A stretch of DNA of 64,000 bases from Octopus sinensis (GCF_006345805.1 NC_042997.1:174282001-174346000), one strand, 5' to 3'. Positions 26,690 through 38,524 are shown, counted from the stretch's first letter. The notes: generated by a model from the letters alone, not told the origin. Program-made: numbers and translations.

Positions 26690-26850
26690 TTTCTGTGTTT
26701 TTCTCTCTCTGTGTATCTTTCTGTTGAAGAGCGTAGGCTCGAAACGTTAAAGACTTGTTTTATTATATTTCCTGAGCGCCATGCTAATACAATTGTTCGT
26801 TTGTTTTCCACCTGCCTTCGTCTTTTGTTTATTTTCATAAAGCTTCCCGT
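26687..26850 (+). mobile_element. ~165-bp element with variant hammerhead, flanked by (TA)n
   Basis: TCTTT-CTGTTGA-A-GAGC-GTAG-GCTC-GAAA-CGT-T-AAAGA at 26716-26753; homologue at 30246-30370. Confidence 0.7.
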
Positions 26851-26879
<29 letters not shown>

Positions 26880-26882
<3 letters not shown>

Positions 26883-27300
26883 TAGATAAAATTAGATATG
26901 TTTCGACCAAAGATTGGTCCAGGCCATGTCTAACTTAATAGCACCACCTGATAGGATTATTCGAATCCTGTTTAAGTCAAGTTTTGTTAAAGTAGTGAGT
27001 TCTTGTTGGGTGAGTTGTATCCAATTATGGGTGGCTTATCTGGTATTCTTTGAAGGAATCTATCCAGACTCCGTTTAAAGTTGATGGGATCCTTTTCTTC
27101 TTTGATCTCCCTCGCTCAATGTTAAATAGGGCAGGGCCTGTTGAGGAAAAGAAATCATGTTGCAGTGTACATGTATGTTGTGATCTTGAATTGGGCAGGG
27201 GGCGTATGGCCCGTGGTCCCAGTCTTGGATGAACCTTGAAGTTAATGTTAAGGTCGTTTGGGCAAAGTTGGCGGTATATTCTCCACATCGTACAAATAAT
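26880..27300 (-). pseudogene. CR1-group LINE 3' end (clade unresolved)
   Basis: FFSSTGPALFNI then DPINFKRSLDRFLQRIPDKP; short UTR with terminal hairpin. Confidence 0.7.
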
Positions 27301-27317
27301 GTACATATCTCTATATA

Positions 27318-27369
<52 letters not shown>

Positions 27370-27383
27370 ATATATATAGATAT

Positions 27384-27524
<141 letters not shown>

Positions 27525-27882
27525 TTCATGTATGTTTGTATGTATGTGTGTGTGTATGCGTGTGTTTGTATGTTAAATATATTTCGGGTAAAAACTTCAT
27601 CATGCGAGTTTATGAGCCTCTATGCTGTTGTGTTGCTACATCCTTTGTAATGTACATTTTTGAGATAGTAAATTGAGAAAAATCTACCAATTCTTCATCG
27701 TACATCACCCCCTGAAGCATCCACAGAGAGCTGTTGTTGAGCTATAGTCAGATACATAGTAATTTTTATGATAAAATAAGCACCAGTTGAGTACTGGTGT
27801 CGCTATAATCGATAGACCCCTCTCCTGAAATTTCAGGACTTGTGCCTATAGTAGAAAGGATTATTTTTTTTATAATATTTCA

Positions 27883-28020
27883 TTCAGCTCCATATAACTT
27901 AAAGTTTCGCAGGTCCGTCATACAAACTTACCGCAGTCGCCTAAGTTGGAAGAGAAAGGTTCGTATGATGAGCCTACGAAACTTTAAGTTTCATGGAGCT
28001 AAATAAAACCGTTATTAAAA
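27883..28020. mobile_element. Head-to-head inverted pair with degenerate hammerheads
   Basis: 27883-27929 vs 27957-28003; right arm ATGATGA-GCCTAC-GAAA-CTTTAAGT-T; ends in (TA)n. Confidence 0.55.
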
Positions 28021-28765
28021 AATTATATATATATATATATATATACATATATGAGTGTGTGTGTTTGTGTATACATACATTACATACATACATACATATA
28101 TACATACATACATACATACATACGGAACACCAAGAATAACATGAATGCCTAGCATCTTTATTCTTAATACGTTCCGGCAGATTCGAACTTGAATATGCTA
28201 TACGCCGGTGTGTGTTTCGCCACAGGAGAACAACTTTTCCTTTACGCCATATATGTGTCCATAACACACTCGATTCATTAGCACAAGGTATTCTGGGACA
28301 CCTGGTATTTCTCGTCAGCCAGAAGTACGCGCAGACTAATGTATATACCAAGAAGTGTTGTTCTTACGAATAACTCCAGTGAATAAATGCTTCGCTGATC
28401 CGTGTTAAGTCCCAACTGATAAGAAACCGTCACATGCATGGTGAACAGCGAAAATCAAAACAATGAATTGCATACAAGTGTATATAACAGTTCTTATGAC
28501 TGAACATCCTTTTGTTTAATGTTTCATACACAAAGATAATTTTCAGATGGAGTTGGCATTTAGAAAGGACGGAGAGAAAGAGAAATGGAGAGAACGAAAT
28601 ATATATAGAGAGAGAGAAAGAAAAAGAAAGAGAGAGACGAAGACATAGAGAGATAAAGTGTGCAGATTTGAGAGATTAGATAGATAGATAGATAGATAGA
28701 TACATACATACATACATACATACATACATACATAGACAGAGAAACACATAGACAGATAGACAGAC

Positions 28766-28805
<40 letters not shown>

Positions 28806-29126
28806 GAAAAGTACGTAGCATAAATATATTTTTTCATTTGTTTGTCATTTGACTGCGGCCATGCTAGAGCACCGCCAATTGACACCAGGGTTTAATCTTT
28901 TGTAAGCCTAGTATTTATTCTATCCTATGCCTACACGTTTATATTTGCCGAATTTTCCTAATTTCCTCACCACTAAGTCACCCTTATCGCACCATCACCA
29001 CCAAACCACAGCCACCAACAATTCATAAAGGTACCATCACTAATAACAACAGCATCAATCAACAACACTACCGATGCCATTATGAGACAAACGTTACTAT
29101 CACTTGCCATTAGTATTGCATATACC

Positions 29127-29351
29127 TATTTCTTTACTACTGACAAGGGGCTAAACACAGAGGGGAGAAACAAGGACAGTCAAACGGATTAAGTCATTTA
29201 TATCGACCCCAGTGCGTAACTGGCACTTATTTAATCGACCCCGAAATGATGAAAGGCAAAGTCGACCTCGCCGGAATTTGAACTCAGAACGTAACGGCAG
29301 ACGAAATACTGCAAAGCATTTCGCCCGGCGTGCTAACGTTTCTGCCAGCTC
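29127..29351 (-). mobile_element. SINE family A
   Basis: Same sequence family as 9757-9988. Confidence 0.9.
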
Positions 29352-29858
29352 ACCATCAACACTACCGCATAAAAGCAGCATTACCAATATGGTCACTACC
29401 GCGACCCCTATCACCAGCATTTCCATCACATCGACAAACATTTCCACCGCCAGTTCAAATACTATCACCAACATACACAACACTGCTACCTCAATCAAGC
29501 ACTAAACCCACCACCGTCAACACCAAACCAGGCAATCACATTTAATTGTAATAGCACAAAATATAATTATTTACTCATTACGTTTGTCCGCAGCACACGG
29601 CGTGTCACAGATTGGCGAAACTCCAATTGTAATGAGATTCTACAGCCTTCAGCTACTGTTAAACAAATATGTGTATTATGTTTTCTTTAGAAACAAATAT
29701 TAAGTCATTTTTATGATTGCTTTAAGTTATATATTTATGTGAGCTTGTGTGTATGTATTTATGTATGCATGTATATAAGCATGTATGTATGTATGTATGT
29801 ATGTATGTATGTATGTATGTATGTATTACATATATATGTGTGTGTATATGTATATATA

Positions 29859-29918
<60 letters not shown>

Positions 29919-29924
29919 CCTTAA

Positions 29925-30245
29925 ATCCTTAAACATGTTTCAGTCGGAAAGCTGCGGCCATGCTGGGGCACTACCGTTGAATGAGCTACACTAGTATGTG
30001 AAACCCCCTCTGATACGTGCCACTTGGTCAACAAGGGAGTTCGACGCCGCTGCCCGCATCTGTGTTTCCTGCCGAGAGGTAGGTTCATCTGGAGCCTCTG
30101 ACAAGAAGAGATCCAGTTTAGTTTTAAAGAAACCCACATCCATACCATGCAGGTCTCTTGGGTATTTAGGAAGCATATTGAAGAGCTGTGGTCCCCTGAA
30201 ACCCAAGCTGTTGCAGTATCTTGTCCTGTATTTTGATGATGATGT
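29925..30245 (-). pseudogene. CR1-group LINE 3' end (clade unresolved)
   Basis: CNSLGFRGPQLFNMLPKY.RDLHG..VGFFKTKLDLFLSEAPDEP..RAAASNSL; UTR ends GTGCCCCAGCATGGCCGCAGCTTTCCGACTGAAACATG. Confidence 0.8.
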
Positions 30246-30560
30246 TGAAACTTATTGAAAAACAAAAGACGAAGACAGATGTATAACCAACAAGCAGGCG
30301 TATTAGCTTGGCGCTCGGGAAAGTGAGAAAGTCTTTTACGTTTCGAGCCTATGCTCTTCAACAGTAAGGAACACGAGGAAACAGAGTAAGAAAAAAACAG
30401 AAAGCTCAAATAAAGTTCAAAAAGTTTCAAACTTCGTGGTGTATTGGAGCGATTTCTCATCAACGGTAGAAATTCATAAGTATATCCAGGGGTAATCCGG
30501 GTGGAGTTCTGGTATGTAGAGAGGTGCAGAAAGTTCAGGCAGTAGTAAGTCAGAAGTGTA
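30246..30560 (-). mobile_element. Longer copy of the variant-hammerhead element
   Basis: CTGTTGA-A-GAGC-ATAG-GCTC-GAAA-CGT-A-AAAGA at 30332-30368 plus homologous downstream sequence; 5' boundary approximate. Confidence 0.65.
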
Positions 30561-30616
30561 GGAGCTTAAAGCAGGATACACACACACACATACATGCATA
30601 CATATATATATATGCT

Positions 30617-31325
30617 ATAAAGAACCAAATTCATCTCAACAACACTGAGGAAAAATCGTTAAAAGTGCCATCAAGAGATTTAATTACCTTCGTGCGACCA
30701 GGTCAGCGGATCCGTTTCAAGAAGAAGACCAAGAAACTTCCTGAGAAAAATGAAAAGTGGAACGGCTATTGGGAGGTAACTGCAGATTTACCTGGGTGCC
30801 AGGTTTTCTTTCCCATCCCAGTTTCGAAAAAACCAGATATTTTGATGTGGTGTGAAAGAAAGAAAGTTGTAAATATAGTCGAGCTAACGGTTCCTCACGA
30901 AGATAATATGGACGCCGCTCGGGCTCGAAAATTAAACCGTTATGAAAACCTCCTCGAGGAATGTGAAGACGCAGGCTGGAAAGCGGAACATTTTCCTATC
31001 GAAGTCGGATGTAGAGGGTTTGTAGGACACAGCGTGAGACGACTGTTGTTATCGCTAGGCCTAACTCATCGTAAAGTCAATATCACCATGACTGATATCC
31101 AATCTACAGTGGAGAAGGCTAGGCACTGGATTTGGTTAAAAAGAGACGATGAGCGATGGCTAGAAGTATATTGAGTTCTTCATAACCAGCTGATCTAGCA
31201 AGCGGGGCCCCATATCAGTGAGGGGGGCCGGTGCGCATTGATGCCGTCGAGAGGTAGGCCCCGAAACGGCGCGCATTCTCTCCTGATGACCCCATACACT
31301 TGCTAGCTTCCGATATACGGAGCTT
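30617..31325 (+). mobile_element. HERO-like (R2-superfamily) LINE: restriction-like endonuclease domain plus 3' UTR
   Basis: KPDILMW...IVELTVPHEDN...K..RY..L...GW....PIEVGCRGF...WIWLKR, stop at 31174; PD-(D/E)xK RLE with ELTVP motif. Confidence 0.85.
31195..31306 (+). ncRNA. Candidate permuted/pseudoknotted hammerhead ribozyme in HERO 3' UTR
   Basis: GCCGU-C-GAGAG ... GAA-ACGGC ... CUCUC-CUGAUGA: stems I and III and the GUC site in exact register, unusual strand order. Confidence 0.55.
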
Positions 31326-31956
31326 TTAACTGGTAGCACTTGCATGTGCAAGTTGTTTGCAAGACATATATATATATATATATATATATAAATATGTATA
31401 TATACGTGAGGGAGAGAGTACCGATCTATCCAAAACCCTAACCACTAAGCCATGCGCCTCCACCTGATAAGAAGTATTGTAATTAAAAAGCATTTAAGGA
31501 AAACGCACAATACAAAGTATATCAATAATATTTACATTATTACATCTGCTTCTAATTCAAAAATTAATTTTGTCTTAATTTTTGTGGCGTAGTTGCACAT
31601 CAGCAGATAGAATTTACGCTATCTGTATACACCACAGACTAGTGATTCGAATTCGATTCCAAGGTGATTCAAGTACACGGTGCAGATGTGCTGAAATAAG
31701 AGCGAAATATCTGTAACTACACTTCTTGTTTCCCACAGGATGATTTTTTCGCATGGTTTTGATATATACGGTGTTTTTTGTAACAGTTGAAGTCTTGAAG
31801 AGAGTTTCCCAGGATTAAATATTGTCGCGGAAAAGCTTTCAACACGAAACACATACATTAAAAATATGACATCAATAATGCTAATATTAATAGAACTGAT
31901 TCCAATTCAAAATTTACTTAGGTGGGCGAAAGCTGCGAAAATGACAAGAGTGGATC

Positions 31957-32400
31957 CAATTCAATTCAATTCAATTTTTATTGGCTCAAAAAGCAAAAGC
32001 AAGGCCATAAGGGGGGACAGGGAGTTATGTACAGGGAGGGTGGTCATACAAAGAGTTCAGGCCATTTCTGGTCAAGAGAGACTTTGAACCGAGCGGTTGT
32101 CGGCATCTTCACTATCTCGTCCGGCAGCTTATTCCACGGATCCGCTACCCGGACAGAGAAAGCCCCTCTCCTTCGATTGAGATGAAATCGTCGTAGATAG
32201 AGCTTTTCGGAGTGACCCCGCAGCCCACGCTCTGGAGCAGGAGTGAAGAACAGCTCTTTCGAGAGGTTATACTTTCCGCTTATGATGTTGTGAGCGAGAA
32301 TGAGATCACCACGGCGTCGTCGTTTTTCGAGAGAATAAATGTCGAGCGTCTTCAGCCTTTCTTCATAAGACAAATGCTTGAGACCAAGAATGGTACTTTT
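31957..32400 (-). pseudogene. CR1-clade LINE 3' end
   Basis: SYEERL..L..YSLEKRRRRGDLI..RGHSEKL..FSVRV..WNKLP..FK..LD..W; AATAAA then (AATTG)n tail. Confidence 0.92.
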
Positions 32401-32759
32401 TTAAGTGTAGACCTGTGAGTCGGCGAAAGGCAATTGGAAAGGGCACTTGCCCTTGGTGTTCAGAGAGATCTTGGACAGTGGAGTTTCTCGATGATCCCAA
32501 GAGGTCATCTTTTGTAAGGACTACATCTCTACCACCCCACATTTTTTAACCTTTGTATACTACGTACATTTCCTTTCCTTTTCGTTGTATACCGTGTAAA
32601 CTTATTCCTCCTTTTCTTGTTTAGTCATTTATTTTATCATTGTCCTTCGCCCTGGTGGCAATAAATGAAATTATCATTATCATCATCATCATCATCATCA
32701 TCGTCATTGCTCTTTATCACAGGTATTCCATGCGTTGCAGGCTTGCTACCAGGAACCTG

Positions 32760-32769
32760 TTATTATTAC

Positions 32770-32816
<47 letters not shown>

Positions 32817-32870
32817 GTGGTGGGAGTAGTAGTAGTTGTAGTAGTGGTGGTTGTGATGGTGGTGGTGGTG

Positions 32871-32914
<44 letters not shown>

Positions 32915-32946
32915 GGTGGTGGTGGTGGTGGTGGTGGTGGTGGTGT

Positions 32947-32980
<34 letters not shown>

Positions 32981-33045
32981 GGTGGTGGTGGTGGTGATGG
33001 TGGTGGTGGTGGTAGTAGTAGTAGTAGTGGTGGTGGTGGTGATGA

Positions 33046-33096
<51 letters not shown>

Positions 33097-33105
33097 CAAC
33101 AGCAA
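32760..33105. repeat. Compound (TTA)n/(GTA)n/(GTG)n array
   Basis: Seen directly; source of the poly-V/T/G/P ORFs in the track. Confidence 0.95.
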
Positions 33106-33614
33106 CACAATCACTCTTCGTAGTATTTCGTGATGCTGGTAGAGATGCTACTAATGGATTCGACGATGACATCAGTGGCGGCGGCGGCGGCAGTGATGTT
33201 GATGGCGGTTGTGGAACAGTATAACGCTGTTGCTAGAAAATGATGGTGCCGGTACCGTGCAACTTGATGTACTACTTACTGGTTGCTGTAATCAATTCTT
33301 ATAACGACAATAGATGTAGGAGTAATGGTATAGGGGTGTTAGAGATGGCATTGTTTATCGTAATCCTGCAGGAGCGTGTAGAGGCGAAGATCATAGTTGC
33401 TGCTACGGCTGTTGTTGTTGTCGTTGGTGCTGTTAGTCCTGACCAAACGGATGTATGGCACGTCAATAGCCTATGTTGATTGTCTTGAGGTGTTTTATAA
33501 AATCTATATCTCCAGACAGACCATACATCTGCAAAAAGATATCACTATTTGACTCTTGAATATGCATTTGTTTCCTCTCTGTGGTTCAGTTTTGCCGTCT
33601 GGATCATATTCTCT

Positions 33615-33835
33615 TTACTCTTCTACTCTTTTACTTGTTTCAGTCATTTGACTGTGGCCATTCTGCAGCACCGCTTTTAGTCGAGAAAATCGAGCCCAGG
33701 ACTTATTTTATAGTTCTCTTTTGCCGAACCGCTAAGTTACGGGGCCGTAAACAACCGATGCTGGTGTGTTTACGTCCCCGTAACTTAGCGGTTCGGCAAA
33801 AGAGAACGATAAAATAAGTCCTGGGCTCGATTTGC
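33615..33835 (-). mobile_element. SINE family M 3' half with internal foldback
   Basis: 33687-33752 inverted at 33768-33833. Confidence 0.85.
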
Positions 33836-33843
33836 TATATATA

Positions 33844-34220
33844 GTGGAGGCGCAATGGCCCAGTGGTTAGGGCAGCGGACTCGCGGTCATAGGATCGCGG
33901 TTTCGATTCCCAGACCGGACGTTGTGAGTGTTTATTGAGCGAAAACTCCACGAGGCTCCGGCAGGGGATGGTGGTGATCCCTGCTGTACTCTTTCGCCAC
34001 AACTTTCTCTCACTCTTACTTCCCGTTTCTGTTGTACCTGTATTTCAAAGGGCCGTCCTTGTCACTCTCTGTGTCACGCTGAATATCCCCGAGAACTATG
34101 TTAAGGGTACACGTGTCTGTGGTGCGCTCAGCCACTTACACGTTAATTTCACGAGCAGGCTGTTCGGTTGATTCGGATCAACCGGAACCCTCGTCGTCGT
34201 AACCGACGGAGTGCTTCCAC
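33844..34220 (+). mobile_element. tRNA(Arg)-like SINE, full length
   Basis: A box TGGCCCAGTGG, GACTCGCGGTC anticodon-like arm (TCG), B box GGTTTCGATTCCC; second partial copy at 50361-50622. Confidence 0.9.
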
Positions 34221-34233
34221 ATATATATATATA

Positions 34234-34390
34234 TACGACGGGCTTCTTTCAGTTTCCCTCTACCAAATCCACTCACAAGGCTTTGGTCGGCCCGAGGTTA
34301 TAGTAGAAGACACTTGCCCAAGGTGCCACGCAGTGGGACTGAACCCGGAACCATGTGGTTCGTAAGCAAGTTACTTACCACACAGCCACT
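34234..34390 (-). mobile_element. SINE family M, 5' half
   Basis: TGGCTGTGTGG A box, GGTTCAGTCCC B box, CCTTGGGCAAG CORE-like start. Confidence 0.85.
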
Positions 34391-34659
34391 TTTCCCCCAC
34401 TGTCCATCTCCTTTCGTATGTCAGTATTTTTGTTGTTGCTGCTGCAGTTTCACCTTAGGTCAACCCTCATGTAGTAAAACTATACTTAAAGGTATATAGA
34501 CATTGCCAATACGAACGGACAGCCTACTTCGCTTACTGCCATAATCATGGAGTAGTAGTATATATAGTAGTAGTTGCAGCAGCAGCAACAACAGCCTATA
34601 GTATTAGTATGTCCAAGCAAATTTATGATTTTGATTAAAATTTGAGTAGTAGAATAGAA

Positions 34660-35300
34660 GAAGCGCTACATGTTCAAGACTGAAAATTACGCCAATCTGC
34701 CCAACAGCCTGAAGGAACCCAACTTCCGATTCAAGGTTCCCACCATAGAGTGTGGAACCAGAGGTTTTGAGGGCAAATTTGCGTACGAGTTAATGAAACA
34801 ATTCTCAGTGTCTGCGAAGAAAAGGACCAAAGCCGTAACGGCAATATTAGAAATAGCGGAGGTGTTTCCGCTGAATCTGGTGGAAGAGGAACAAAAACGA
34901 CCTCCATACCGTTTGAAGGCAATGTTTTTGGATGTTACTTCCCTTAACATTAATATTTTAAGAAAAAACAATATATTTTTGTATGTTACAGCTAAGGGAA
35001 GTAACTCTGAATGAATCACTGTTATAACGTTGGTTTCGTCTTTTCAACAGAGAAGAGTCAACGGAGAAGAGTTACAACTAGATGAAATTCCCAGGCCGTT
35101 TAAATGCACAAGTCTCCGATTTCGAAATTGCTAAACAGTGTCAGCAGGAGTGCAGAGAGTCAAAACTTGGATGCGACCCGCCCGGCCCGGCCTTCTTGGA
35201 GAGTTAAAGATGTTAATGGTCGAAACACTTGCCTGGGACCTTCCGTTGTTCAGCTCTTTTAAGAGCAGTGCCCATGCTTTGAGATCGCCCGCACCTAGAA
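34660..35300 (+). pseudogene. Possible L1/Tx1-type ORF1 remnant
   Basis: 114-aa unique ORF followed by a decayed knuckle-like stretch (MVET..DLPLFSSFKSSAHALRSP); assignment weak. Confidence 0.3.
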
Positions 35301-35614
35301 CTATATTATTCAATGTTTTATTTTGATTTTGATTTATTCCTTTTTTATATATTTTCAGATACTAGGGTGTGATCTGTGGAAGATTGGAAAACTATTTTAG
35401 CGGATACAACGATCAGTGTCGAAGCTTTGACGTAAATTTCGTTGTTCTAGTTGATGATGTTATTACTGACGGTGATAGTAGTGGTGGTGATGGTGGTGGT
35501 AGTGGTGGTGGTGGTGGTGACTGCTTTGTAATTGAATGATTACTAATGAGATGAATGAGTGGCGAAACAAGAAGGATGATGATGTTGAGGGTGTTGGTGG
35601 TGATTGTGGGGTTG

Positions 35615-35646
<32 letters not shown>

Positions 35647-36448
35647 GGAGGTGGCAGTGACAATAACGACGACGACAACTACGATGACGACAGTGTCGAT
35701 GACGACAATAATGATGATGATGATGACGATGATGATGATGATGATGGTGATGATGATGGTGATGATGATGATGATGTCAGCGTTGACAATATTGTTTAAA
35801 TTCTTGGTGACATATGATACATGAGACTGAGGCTTGAGAAATTGTTCTTTTCATTTCATAATAATCTTCGATAATTTGCTTTATTTCCTTTTATTTTATT
35901 TCACTTTATTTATTTCACTCAATTTCATTTTATTTATTTGTCTGTTTGTTTTTGCTTTTTGTTTGTGTTTTTTTGTTTGTTTATATGACCGTATTCCTTG
36001 TAAATTTATTCTCAGTCTGGATTCTTAAAACTATGCAAACATAGTTTCAACGGAAATACATTGAAGAATTCATGTGAACATAGAGAAATGTCTACTGGTT
36101 TCTTGTATTAGACCGACTCACATGTAACCTAGCAAATTTGAAGAACTTGAAAAATACAATGTTTAGAATACGGTAACTTCTCACTGACGTCATAGAAACA
36201 TAAGAGACAGTGTAAATAGCGACCAATTTTTTTTACTGAGGAACTGTGCTACTTAAGATATACAGACACGCACACACACGCACATACACACACACATACA
36301 CACATACATACAGACACACACATGCACACTCATACAGACATACACACATGCACGCACATACATACAGACACACACACACACCATGACGGTGACAATAGCT
36401 GCAAAACGAAATGGTCAAAGAATGAGCTGCTATATGTTTGTTATATTT

Positions 36449-36674
36449 GCGAGCTGGCAGAATCGTTTGCACGCTGGGCGAAATGCGTAGCCGTATTTCG
36501 TCTGTTGTTACATTCTGAGTTCAAATTCCGCCGAGGTCGACTTTGCCTTTCATCCTTTCTGGGTCGATAAATAAATTACCAGTTTCGCACTGGGATCGAT
36601 GTAATTGACTTAATCCTTTTGTCTGTCTTTGATTGTTCCCTCTATGTTTAGCCCCTTGTGGTCAGTAAAGAAAT
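36449..36674 (+). mobile_element. SINE family A
   Basis: Family match. Confidence 0.9.
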
Positions 36675-36799
36675 AAATTACTCCTAGGGGCACACAACGA
36701 GGTCATAGACACGATTTCTCAGTTTTTGATCATATGCCTTATCCTGATAAACCAGAACCGAGTAGGATCTGAACAATGTATACACAATCTGAGACACGT

Positions 36800-36890
<91 letters not shown>

Positions 36891-37244
36891 GTGTGTGTGT
36901 AACTACTTTCAACAAATACACAGAAACTTGCTTATGGTAGTCCGCGATAACTGATGACGATGATCGTCTCCTTTATCTGTGGATGTTTAAATGCTCGTAT
37001 ATTTGATTCCATCATGCGCTACTTCGGTTTAAACTAGGCAATTCGTATGCGTATTGATCACTTTGGTGACATACACGAAACAGAAAAAAAAGCATATACA
37101 AATAGAAAGATAAGAAAGAAAGAAAATGTCTTATTTTGTGATATACTTTCGTATGTAATGAAATAATGCATTTATTTTTTCAGTCTTCCACCGTTTCAAA
37201 TTTCTCTCCTTTCGTTCCTTCGAGTTCACACTTTTACTCTTTTA

Positions 37245-37648
37245 CTCTTTTACTCTTTTACTTGTTTCAGTCATTTGACTGTGGCCATGCTGGAGCACCG
37301 CCTTTAGTCGAGCAAATCGACCCCAGGACTTATCTTTGTAAGCCTAGTACTTATTCTATCGGTCTCTTTTGCCGAACTGCTATGTTACGTGGACATAAGC
37401 ACACCAGCGTCGGTTGTCAAGTGATGTTGGGGGAACAAGCACAGACACAAACATATACACACACATACATATATACATATATACGACGGGCTTCTTTCAG
37501 TTTCCGTCTACCAAATCCACTCACAAGGCTTTGGTCGGCCCGAGGCTATAGTAAAAGACACAAGCCCAAGGTGCCACACTGTGGGACTGAACCCGGAACC
37601 ATGTGGTTTATAAGCAAGCTACTTACCGTACAGCCACTCCTACACCTA
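37245..37648 (-). mobile_element. SINE family M, full length (tRNA head, CORE-like centre, LINE-like tail)
   Basis: A box TGGCTGTACGG, B box GGTTCAGTCCC, CCTTGGGC centre, internal TG/TA repeat, tail GCGGTGCTCCAGCATGGCCACAGTCAAATGACTGAAACAAG(TAAAAGAG)n. Confidence 0.9.
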
Positions 37649-38433
37649 TATATTTGAGTCCATCATGCGCTACTTTGTTGTATATTTCTTTCGTCAACAT
37701 ACAATCATTCATATATACTCCTTCACTCCTTGTTATTTAAAGTACTTCTCACCGAGCTTATTGTTCCTTCCTGCAATCACTCACACACTCAAAAACGCAG
37801 ATCCATAATACAGTGAAATTTTGTTTATTGGAACATGAATTATCCCAATTTCGGATTACCTAATAGAGATCTGACGCTTACGTAAATAATTACTGTGTGT
37901 AATCTTCACCCATTTCAAAAACACAGATCTCACAAGCCTCCTATGATGTCTGTTGTCTGTTTCAAAAGCGAGAAAAGACAAACGCTATTCATATCATCTC
38001 ACCAGACAACTATGAAGCATGAACATTGTGTGACTAGAACACTCCAAATGTTGGTCCAAACTATCAATATGTATCTCACTCGGCGAAAGCAATTCCTTGA
38101 CATAGGTAGCGTTACAGCCCAACCACTGACTTTTCTCTTCACAACCAAAAAGTACATCAGTAGTTAACAGTTATTACCATTCAAGAAAACTCTGATGAAA
38201 CACACAGTAGAGTGTTGCTCTCACATCAGGGAAAGGGGCCACTCAACAAATTGGCATAAAATGATCTATAGCTACGATCTAGTTTTTAAGATGCAAGCTG
38301 TATTTCTCTGTGTTTTCTACTACTATAGCAATGGCTTCTGCTCCCTGCAGCTGGATGGCCTTGTAAACACCTCTACTAGTGTACTCCCAATTTAATCGTG
38401 TTACCTCCATTGTTGCATCTAACTGCAAAGCCC

Positions 38434-38524
<91 letters not shown>

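Noticed and set aside
26897-26950. Hairpin-GAAAC in LINE/SINE tails read as a hammerhead
   Set aside because: No CUGANGA 5' of the hairpin in any copy
33844-33920. tRNA-Arg gene
   Set aside because: Lacks a proper acceptor stem and continues into a repeated SINE body; the same applies to the other tRNA-like heads
36940-36980. CTGATGA with GATAA/TTATC flanks
   Set aside because: No GAAA or stem III
38185-38215. CTGATGAAACACACAGTAGAG
   Set aside because: Core and GAAA overlap, with no stem II; likely chance
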